NCBI GenBank assembly: GCA_030141605.1
Contig: JAQGDQ010000033.1
Coordinates: forward strand, 310,001-374,000
Length of the DNA: 64,000 nucleotides
Direction: 5' to 3'
DNA from: Tubiluchus corallicola
Taxonomy: Eukaryota > Animalia > Priapulida
Below, piece by piece: positions 13,001 to 25,000 of the stretch. The position numbers and the translations under genes are program-made. How positions within the stretch are numbered: the first letter of the stretch is position 1; every line of letters begins with the position of its first letter. The notes beneath the pieces were generated by a model. That model saw nothing but the letters and a program-made list of their open reading frames with translations. It was not told where the DNA came from and did no database searches.

Positions 13001-16000
13001 AGTTAAATAATGGAACAAATTAGCTATTCTCACAACTTTCATTCCCTTCAGGCTAACTAGTTTGTACGCACAAAATCAAAGGAATATATTTTTAAAATAA
13101 GGCAAAGATTTATGCCACACTTCCAGTAAGGACAAAGAAGCACATGATTAATGCAAAACAGAACAAATTTTGATGAAGTTCAACTGTGTGACAAAAGAAA
13201 TTAATTCGTAAATGCTTATAAATGAGATCAACATAATAACACTGGTATTCCCAGATTCAAATCCAAATTTAAACTAATTTACATCCAATAAACACAAAAA
13301 CAAATGTGGCACTTATATGTTTTTTTTCCACAACATATTATATGCATTTTTGTACTATCCCTCTTAGCACAGGTAGCATTTTTTTGCCGGTAATGGAAAT
13401 CTGCTTAAACACCATTTAATTTTAAAAATACCAATTTTTGTGGTACTGGAAAATAGAGCAAATCTTCTTTACAACAGCCAAGCTACTACCTTGAGAGTGT
13501 TACTACTTTAAATGAAACCAGTAGCTAGATACCAACACCTGAGTGGTTTACAATAAGGCATAATTAATAACACAGACTAACCAGGCATCTTCTTTATAAG
13601 TTTCCGTACCGGAGTCAGCCTCCTTCCATTCACTGGATCAACAGTATCATTTTTCAGTGCATCGCGCCAACCACGACTGTTAACTATCACCACGGCAACA
13701 TTCTGATGTCCATTATCTATGGCTCGATCAAGACAGTTATTTCCTTCACTGTCTCGAAATGCTACATTAGCACCCCATGAAATGAGAACTTCTGCAACTT
13801 TGACATGTCCTTTGGTACAAGCTAAATGAAGAGGAGTTGTCTGGAAAAAAGCAATGCCAGCTTTCTTCACAAAACGTTTATAACAACAGGTAGCTTGGTA
13901 AAGGTAACAGCAAGTAACAGGTGAGGCACTAAATCTACTAGCCACTGCTTTTTTCAACTCTTTGGTTATGTAATTTAGTGAAAAATAATGAAAAGTATGT
14001 TTTAAAATTAAAAGAACCAGACATTCCAGGCAGCTTGGATTAAGCCAAAGTTGAATAAAAGCTTTTTCCAACAGCAATACTTGTAAACGTATTGATAACA
14101 CAACTACAAAGTGTCGAGTATGTAAGCACTCACATCACAGCAGCTAATAGAAGTAGGCACAACTGCATGAACACTTTGTGAACAGATTTTCAAGTTTCGG
14201 ATAGTGCTGAATTAAAAGCAGACTTGCTAATTAAAGAAGCAGTTCACACGATGAAATATGACTTAATCTTGACACTCTCTTGCTTTTAAATTGAATTTTT
14301 GATGTCGTAGATTAGCTAAAGTACAAAGACAAACAAAATATTCCATATTTAACTTCCTGAAAAAATTTTGGCTGTTGTTTCTTACAACTAATGTGATATT
14401 CTTACTCTTACCTTAGATTTTTTGTAATACCAAATTTTGAAAATTGTCCACTTATAAGAGTACAGTGCACCACAAACTACACAATTCCAGAACTGAAGTT
14501 AAATGTGATTGCTAGTGCCTTATGTGAAGACATCTAGTATTGGAAGGTCCTGTATTACTGTACTAATAGCATCAGACTGCTTTCTACAAAATAATTTTTG
14601 TAAATCCCTATAACATTATAGTTTGATTTATTCATTTACTTATAGTTTCAGCACTACTGGGGTCTTACAAGCTGTCAAAACATTAGAACAAATATCTTGA
14701 TCAATATAGAAAAATTATACATTGCTTAGCATAGATAGAACAAGTAGTTCATAAAACGACTAAAGCATTATGGAAGCAATCATCTTGCTCAAGGAAAACA
14801 CCAAGCAAAAAGCAGTGTAATATAATATAATGTGTTAAAAATGTAACATCTTGTTTGAAACATTTTATACATTTTGTTCTGGAAACAGAATTGTCTTGTT
14901 TAATCATGTTATCTGTTGAATCTGAAAACACACTCCCGCAACAATTTCTATAAAGATTTTTCATTATTCTTAAAAATTTACTCACCCTTCCCTTGTCTGT
15001 GGGATCAACTGGGCTGTCAGCTTCTAGCAGAATTTTTACTACATTTACATTGCCCTTGTAAGCAGCACAGTCAAGAGGAGTCCACAAATTACAATTCCTG
15101 CATAAGAAACAAACAAGATATATAACAGTGGGAAGTTACTGCTTCAACATGACCTACAAATTATTCAAGATATTACAGTTAAATTATTTTCAAGTTCCAT
15201 GGAAATATGGGTGTTTTTACTTGAAAACAGGATGAACAAAGAACTACAAAAGACAGAAACATAAAAGTGGGCTTGCTCTTACTTTGGTTATCTGAAGCAC
15301 TCTACCAACAGCTTTCTTTCTTTTATGAGTTAATCTCTCTCACATTAACGAAAACATCGTCAACCTCTGTTTATCAGACTTCTCAATTTAAACCATTTGT
15401 TTTTCTTCCCTTTTGTTATGACTTTTTAAGTCAAATTCTTGTTTCTGTAGATAAATTAGCTTATAAACCTACAGGGTGTTGTGAATCTTACCTAGCCTCA
15501 ACGTTGGCACCATTTGTTAGAAGAATGTTGGCAATGTTAATCTGTCCAAACAATGCTGCGAGATGCAGTGGAGTATTTGATTCCTCATCTTCATCATTCA
15601 CTATCATTTTACTGTGGTTCAGAAGTTCAGTAACTGTCCTGCAATATTTTTTTGATTATTTCTTTCATGACCAGCAAGCTCAGTAAGCTACGCTAAGAGT
15701 ATAATGTAAGCAAATTAACAGCTTACATTGTTCGATATGAGCACAGGTTGATCAAATTGAATGATTAGATATAGCTACTAAAAAGGAGGTCTGGCTGACT
15801 GCACTTGCTCGGTAAAAAAATCCATACCAGTGTGAATGAATCTGGGCATCCTATGAGTCTATACCTATGTTGTACAGGAATACAGCAGAAGAAACTAAGA
15901 AAAAAATTTAAATACTATCAAGGCAAAACAAACATATTTAAGTGCTTACGCAGTTCTTCCATGTCTCGACGCCAAATGAAGTGCTGTCTGTTCCAGCTCA

Positions 16001-19000
16001 TTTTTGTCATCAATGATGGCACCATATTCTAAAAGCAATCTCACACACAGGTGAAATCCCCTTTCAGCTGCAATGTGCAATGGAGAATTTCCATAGCGAT
16101 CACCAGCATTTATGCGACGTCGAGCTTTGTAGTGTGTCAGCAATTCCTAAAATGATGTTACTATGGAATATCGAAAGTCTCCTGATAAGTCACCAATCAT
16201 CATCTAATGCTATAGCTGGTCTATCAGATTACAATCTAGAATCAATAGTCTAGTGTAACAGGCATCTAAGTTGTTTTGAAAACCCCAAGATAGAGACTGG
16301 GATCAAACTTTTTATAGCCAAGATCAGTAGCAGAACCAAGAGATGATCAAGAGCAGAAATTATTTTTCCTCAGAGAATAACTTTAGGAATCAAACTGTAC
16401 TAGAAATATCATGTATAGTTCGTGATGTACTAATTGTAGTTACATATTAAAAGATGCAAAAAATGAGTAATTTATGCTGCTTACTCTAAAATTAACAAGA
16501 GTTTGCATTAAGTGGAACTAAATATCCAGACCTAACTGAGAATAATGTGTACAATTTCAGTGCGACCAAGTCCAGCACTAACACCACCACAAACTGGCAT
16601 AAAAGAACGAAACTAAAACTCCTAAGTTTGTGACTTAAAAACAGCATCTTAAGGCAATTCGTCGATGCACAGTAGCAAATTTTTTATTTTGATAACAGCT
16701 TTACTTGTAAACACTTCAAAATTCCTTTAATATTATTTTTACACTTGTACCAGTACAGTAAATGTTAAAAACAACCAAACCAACTTTGAAACACTGAAAT
16801 AACATACCTTAAGTGCGTCAATGTGATTGTCCTCAGCTGCCCAATACATGCAGGACTGGTCATTTTTATCTACTGCTCGAATATCTGCACCATGTTGTAG
16901 GAGGCACCGTATGGTCTCTGTGTGGCCAAAAGATGAAGCAATTACTAGAGGGGTGAAGTTGTCCTTGTCCCTTCTCTCTAGCTTTGCACCTCTAAAATAA
17001 CGACAATAAAACAGTTTAGTATTTATTTAGCATCACATCAAATGAAAGCAGTATGTATATTTATGCAATGCCCTACTTACGGGCATACGCAGGGGTTTGT
17101 TGCTGCTAAGTGATTCTCTAGAAGAAAGGATTACACAAGATGATATTTTGCTCATTATGAAAGTGTATACATATATTGTAATATAATAAGCATCTCATCG
17201 ACTTTCACACCATTTTGGTTCCCATCAGGGCATTCAGTGACAAAAATAACATTAGCCTAAAATCTTCCCGGGTCATGCTGCTTGTTATGGTACATCATGG
17301 ATGACAAATAAGTGGACTATACATAGTAGAATGTTCCAAAAAGTGCTATTTTGGATGCTATTTTAGCTGTCATGTGGCAATCTAAAACCTTTCCATATCA
17401 CTGCTGTTTGTTATTGTAAGCCATGGACAATTATATATAGTAGAATGTGCTAAAAATAGCCAATTTGGACACCACTTTTGATGGCATTTTGGCGGGAGCA
17501 GCAGTAGTCTAAATTTACACTGTCTAAAACTTTCCAGGGCCATGCATTCATTCACCATTCCTACGCAACTTGAAAGACAAATCTCAATTTGCATTCAACT
17601 AAGAAACCTACTTCTCTAAGAGAAACTCCACAACTTTGTAATGATTATAAGCTGCTGCTCGATGCAGTGCTGTCGCCTGCTGGTCATTTACGACATCAAT
17701 TCTTGCTTTGTGTTCTAATAGTAGCTCAATAATCCGAATATCTCCAGACACTGCAGCCAAGTGCAGCGGTGTATTGTAATGATTGCGGTAAGTATTCACA
17801 TTTGCACCTGTTAACACATTTGTAATTATTTATTTATAAATATATTAGCTAAATAATATATTTTATTATAAAGACAACTAACATTCTGTGAAACGAACAT
17901 ATATATGCCATGGATGAATGTAAATTTTTAGTTCGACAATTTGTCATCAATGTTAGTTGAATTAAAATTTGGCATGATCATTACAGGGTACCGAATGCAA
18001 AAAAAGTATTACTTCCAGCCATAATCTAGCATAGTCTCTTCAATCATGTTCTGCCTAATTTCTCTTTTTAAGCAGCTAAGTAATTAGATGCTAATCAAAC
18101 ACTTACCGTTATTCAGCAAAATTTGACAGATGCCGAAATGTCCGCCATCGACAGCTAAATGCAATGCAGTGTTACCTTCATTGTCTTGATCAGTCACCAT
18201 CTAAGAAATTAATTAAAACAGGAAAAAATGCTGGAATAACATACAAAGCTGATGAAAACCACTACTAAAACAAATTAAAATAACATATAGAAATATAACT
18301 TAAAAACTTTCCTTATGTTGTTGCTAACTTGTCGAGCTGCAGGTATCATACCGAGGAACTATTGAAAGTCTAACTACACTAAATACCCTCACAGAATAAA
18401 ATAAATATGACACGGTGGTATAAGTTGTACAAGCTACCTGAGATACAATTGCCCATCCCTCGCTTGCATGTCCAGCATCCAGGAGTACTGAAACAATATT
18501 TTCATGGCCTTCTTTTGCAGCACAGTGCAAGGGAGACATTTTTTCTTCATCCATGCAGCGGAGATTTGCTCCAGCGGCAATCAGGAGGTTCACTATTTCT
18601 AAGTAACCATGGAGACAAGCTATGTGAAGAGCAGAGCATTCTTGTTTGTCAACAGCCTAAAATAGTATATTGCAATATAAACAAACTAAACATGAACTGA
18701 GTAATACATATTTGCCACAAAGTTGTTTATGAAAACAGAATTTAAAATTTTCAAGCAGCTGAGTGTAATCTAAAAATGGCTTAAACATGAAATCTGAACA
18801 CACAGTATAATATAGACATTACAATTAATACAAAATAAACATCAAATACAGCAATAAAACAGGTATTACCTCTATTTTTATACCATTACAGCTCAGCAAG
18901 TCTTTGGCAGCGGAAATATTACCTCTCATGGCAGCAAAATGCAATGGTGTTGAACCATAGATATCTGGAGCATTGACTTGTGCTCCCTAGTAGAAAAAAA

Positions 19001-22000
19001 AATCAGTATTAATACCATATATGTATAGTGTTCAAAGAATTTGAAACCAAATTGAACTGAATTTACCAGTCTTATCTATTGAAAGTAAATTTAGTGCAAG
19101 ATTTTTAATAGACAATCACAAAAAATCAGTAAAAAATCAAAACATAAAATGAGAATCTCTGAAAGACAAATGCCTTCCAAACAGTTAATTATTACTTTCT
19201 CATTGTGTTAGATGAAGGCCTTGCTTATAAGTTGTCAATTTTTTTCTACAAACACATATGATATATTGAGCCAGCAAGCGAATTTACGTATAACATACTA
19301 TTTGCACGCTTAGAAATTCTTGATCTCATAGAGGAAATCAAATTGTCGAAATTAACTGCCATATATTTGTACTTTTGCTACAGAAAACGAAAATCTTGTA
19401 TAAATTATTTTTTCATATTTGCAAACTGACAGGTATACTAGCATAAGCATAATGATGTGTGTAAAAGCAGACAAAACATAATGCAACTGCATACAATGAA
19501 CAGGAATATTAACTATCAGTGTGCAACCATAGTAAGAGAAATAAAGCGCACAAGCAAAAATGAAAATTTAAAATATTTCAGCGTTCGCTATTTCATTATT
19601 CTAAAGTTTCTAGCATTCACCTATTACTATAAAGACTAATGGATATAGAATTTAAGAACACACTCTAGAAACGTTTGTTTATTGACATCAAAAAACAGCA
19701 AAGTTATATCACAGCTAGAAGTAATACCATAAATATAATTTATAAAATTAATAAAAGAAAGGTTATTTGATGTCAATAAACGAAAGTTCCTAAATTTCGT
19801 TTTTAAGTCATAGGTTTATAGAGCACTCTAGTTGCTGGCACTGTTATAAGAACAAATGGTATGCTATCAAATTTGAAGTTAGTATCATTTCAAAATACTT
19901 TACCTTGGAAACTGTCAATAAACAGCAAAGTTATATCACAGCTAGAAATAATACCATAAATATAATTTATAAAATTAATAAAAGAAAGGTTACTTGATGT
20001 CAATAAACGAAAGTTCCTAAATTTCGTTTATAAGTCATAGGTTTATAGAGCACTCTAGTTGCTGGCACTGCTATAAGAACAAATGGTATGCTATCAAATT
20101 TGAAGTTAATATCATTTCAAAATACTTTACCTTGGAAACTAGGTATTTGATGACACTCTCTTTCTCATCATCATCTTCATCATCTGAATTTGTATGAGCA
20201 TCAGCTTGTGGCACATCAATAGACTGGTCTAGAGCTGTCTCTACAGGTGGCTGCACATCCTAATTGTACAAAAAAGCTTTATACAAAGACATCTTAATTA
20301 GTGGCATGTTAATATAATGATATGACACTTGAGTGACAAATTATGTGGCTCAAATTTAAATTGCAAAGTGCCTGCATGCCCGACTATATGCAGGATAGCA
20401 TAACCCGTGTTTCATAAGAAATTATTCTTGATTAAAAATAATTGTTGTAAGATTGCAGGAAAAATTTTAACTAGTAGAAATTGAAACGTTTTGCACATAT
20501 GAATACACAAGTAATTCCTTTCAACAAGAAAATTGGGTAAAAAAAGTCAGAGACTACAAATAATACTTTCAAAAATGAAAATGATCCACTCAAAAAATTA
20601 ACTAAGAACAATATAAAGTCATATGTAGATCAAACCTTTACTGGTAAATAAATTCATCTCTTTTATGTAACTGTAATATATCAATTATAAACATAATAAT
20701 CTACTTTATTCAGTGCACACTTAGAAATTTTTATTTAAATGAACTTGAATAATGCAAACAAAACATTGCAAGAAATGACGTATAAACACACTTTATTAAG
20801 TTGCAGTTACCATGGAGTTAAACATAGAGTAATTAACAAACATAATGATAAAGAATTATTTACTTAAAACAAAGTGAAAGGTTTACTCCATTACAATACT
20901 ACACTTCAAGTTCATCAGAGAAATGAGACACAGACACACAAACAGACAAACAGTTGACGTTGGAGATTATATAGAGTAAATTACAGACATAGTCAAACTT
21001 TAACTAAAACATGAGCAGTAAAAGCATTAACAGGGATTTAAGGGAATAAACTAAACAAGAATTTCAAGCATACCAAACTAGATTTAAAGTTCTAGATCTT
21101 TAAAAAGAATATGCCGGCCTATCAATACTTGCTTTTTTGCATTGATGAGCTGCACCAATATGTATTCAAATGAGATCATTAATTTGACTTTGGAAAGTAA
21201 TTCTGGCAGATTCTGAGTGAAGATGCAGATGTTCAGCATTGTCACTGCATAGACTATAGTGGAACAATTGATACAGAAAGTAGTAAATTAGTTGGAAGGT
21301 TAGAAATGATGGGCGAGACGCATTGTGACAACTGTTTTTTTCAGATCCCAATAATCACATTGTAACAGTCACGCTATCCTGAGTAACAACTTTTGAATTG
21401 TATCACTTAATGATTCCTCATTCAAGTCAAGTATAATTGGGGAATTAACACTATTATTATTATTATTAATATTTATTTATCTATACCATTTATGTCGAAC
21501 ATATAGTACACTCTAGTGAATTATAAAAAATAGAAAATTATGTAGAAATAGATTTACAGGATTAATAAATTGCTGTAAGTCAGAGGAATTAGTCTGAATT
21601 AATTCCGGTCACCAGATAATAAGGTAAATAGTTACCATCATAAAATAAATAGTACACTCAAACAGGCAAATCACAAGTTCCTGAAAAACAATCTCAGCAA
21701 GAGTTTCAAAACACTTTTATACCTGATTTTGCTGGTTTACGCTTTGTGTGGATTCTGCAGAATTAAGGTTGGCACATAAGGCATTGATTGCCAATACTTT
21801 TCCCTACAAGGAACAAGAACTCAGAAAAACATGCAAAGAAAAACATAAGATAAAGTTGAGTTAAGCCAAATGCAAGTCATTCCAGAAAAAACACAAAAGC
21901 CACACAAATCACTTAACTGCACACTTTCTTTGATTCATAAATTATATAACATACTAGTGTCCCAAAATTATGTGGCCTGTACTCGAGCTAATCAGAGCAT

Positions 22001-25000
22001 GCATGTGTTATTATCAGTATTTTGAAAAAAACGCAATTTACAAAAACTACACAAAAAAGCATAGTCATCCAGCAACGTAAATATTTTATATTCAAAGGCA
22101 TTACTCTGTATAAGCTTTTGGCTCATTACAGAAGCAAAAGAAATCTCGAAACAAAACAAATATGTGGAATGTCACAAAGTGGAACAAAAGCATTTGAACA
22201 AGTTATAACCACAAGAGAATAGATAACAACTGGTAAGTAATTCCACATGTATGTCTTGTTGCACACATTTTGTTATTGCTGTTAAGCTGGATACTGTTTC
22301 TTTTCATTTGTGCTATATCTTTTTACTTTCTGCATTAGGCTCAATAGCGCACAACAACTTGTGCAAGTCAAATAACAGTTTTGTTGCAAAACCACACCAT
22401 CACAAAATTCCCCGTGTATGACCTAGAAACAACCAATGCTGTAAAGCAGGCAAACGATACGAAAAAAACTTCAGGTACCAGAATTTGTAACAGTATCCAA
22501 TACAAATGTTGAGCTACGCGAGAAACTGGTGGCATTTTTCCTTGTTAGATTTGCCAGTACAAATTGATTACGAATATATAGGCTTAAGTAGCCAAAAAGT
22601 TGGTTTTATTTAGTAAAAGTTGATAAGGCTCAATAAAAATACTAATCTACCAATGAGTTGGGTCATGACATGAGCAGACTAACCTTCCCGCCAAAATAAA
22701 CGCTGCTATCAACTGCAGTTTGTGTTTTGACAAGTTTATATCGCCTAGCTGCTAAGTGTAATGGTGTCAGTTCATCCTCTCCTTTGTCATTAACATCTAT
22801 TTTAAAATAAATAAAAACAAATAAACTTAGACTTAACAATTAAGTATTAATTTTATAATAATTTGCCAAATAGCTAAATGTTTTACGAAGTGCATTTCGT
22901 GCAAAGCTGGTGTATGAGATAGTAGTCGGTTAGCAAAAACTGTTTAGCACTCATTGAGTAGTGACAGTATACAATTTACACATTTAAACACGGAAAACTG
23001 AACTTTTCTAGATTTCTGAGCAGTGTTTTCGACACATGGCAGTTTCTGTATGATAATTTCAAGAACAGGCTCATATACCAAACTTAATATAATTTACTCA
23101 AAAAAGTCCTGTTTTAATGAGAAAGATTTTTGTCATTAATGGAAAAGTTAAAAATGGTTCGTGCGTAAAAATGAAGAAAAATATTTTCCCAGCAACATTT
23201 AATGATGTACAGATTAGCTGTAAAATTCTGTCCATTAACAGTGTTACTGATTACCAGCTGTCTATCCCTCATAAAAATAAACCACTCTGCTAAAAATAAA
23301 CCACTATACTCCTCAAAACTAATCTTGCTTTCACACTAGTCTGCAATCTAGCAATTATTTTATACAGCTCAGCAACAATACTGAACCCCTATAACAATAA
23401 TCTATGCACTAGCAACAATATTTCACCACCAGCATGATGCTATCATCTCTATAATGCTAGTTTATGTCTCAGCAATATACTACCTATTCTTCTTCTTTAC
23501 AGTAATGTTCACTTCCCAATAGTCTACTCTCATCAGAACTATTCTCACAGTCAGGAAAACTAGTATGCCATTCAGTAATATTAAGGCTGCCCCTTGTAAA
23601 TACTCTACCCTCAACAACAACGGCTCACCCGTCGGAAAACAGTTTAACCTTCTGCAATACTAGTCTGTTTCTCAGAAATAGTTTAATCTTCAGAAGCACA
23701 ATAAAACGGGGTGAATAGAGACAATTTTTACATTCAACTGCCATAAATTTTTGTTAGTTTTTATTCTAAATTGTGTTTAGTAGTTATTTGGCCACATACA
23801 TAATCTATTTTTAAAGGTATTGTTCTTATGATAAACAAATTGTACATTGTTTTTTTTATTTAAAAACCAGTGTCCCTAGTAACCATGCATTCTGGGATGA
23901 ATAGGGACAGCTTTATTTTTAGTTATTGTACCCATTAAATGAGGTGAAAAGAGATGTAACTTAGGTTTTAAAAATGTGTTTTAAAATCAGTTACTTTGAT
24001 ATCTAGGATAAATTTAATTTACAAAGCTTAGTTAGATAACACTGCACAATCTGTCGCATATCATCAAGCATCAAAATTCATCATTCTTTCCAAATGACAT
24101 AATACCTTAGAACTAAACCCAAAACTTAGGATGGGCTATAGCTCTCACTATTTGCTTACTGTGCTGTGCTGTTCTTGGTATTGTTTTCTTGTACTGTGCT
24201 CCAGCAGGGAGCCATTCATGCATGCCTAGTACGCTGTCCCTATTCATCCCGTTGTTTAATCAAACTAAGTCTAAACTGCTAAAAAATCACAAAAAATAGA
24301 GAGTGACTCTAAACTTAAAAAAATTGTTAGGTAACGCCAAAGATAAGCCACTCACCTACTAGCTACAAAATAATCACATCTGGTTCACAGATAAGGCCTA
24401 TGCAATAAAAATTTAGACTACCATAATTTTCTATGTTATTAGTATGCCTTCGTCTTACAATTACTATGGCAACCAGGAGTGACTTCACAATGATGTAAGT
24501 CCATGGTAGAGAGTACATGCATAAGGTTGGTTTATAAATTTATAATAAATTGTACAATGCGTACATTACTTATTTCAGCAATGTAGTAGGAGCTTTAATA
24601 ACTTTTCTTGGGTTTTGTCCCTATTCAACCCATTGTTCCTATTCACCCCGTTTACAGTATCAATATAACTCTAAGCAATAGTGTTCCCATCAGTAATTTT
24701 AGTTTTAAAACCTCTTGGCAAATTACTCCTCGGCAATAATAATTGACCTAGGAATGCTAGTTTGGTCTCAACAAAATTTAAAATAATAAAAAGATTAACC
24801 CAGTAGCATCTAGTAATATACACCTGCTCCTTTGGCAACCAACATGCTGGCAATCGCGACATGATTATAGCGTGCTGCATAGTGCAACGGAGACATGCTA
24901 TCCTCGTCATGACTATTTATCTTCTTTGTCAGGTTTCGAATGCTGGCCAACAGCTTTTCCATTATTACAGTATCGCCATCTCGTGCCGCCTGAAAGAAAC

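Noticed and set aside
21723-21754. 32-nt micro-exon candidate in TRPA (STQSVNQQNQ) with good splice sites
   Set aside because: It needs a phase-1 upstream partner but the flanking exons are phase 0. A nearby candidate ending at 22479 has no phase-0 acceptor, so no in-frame path was found.
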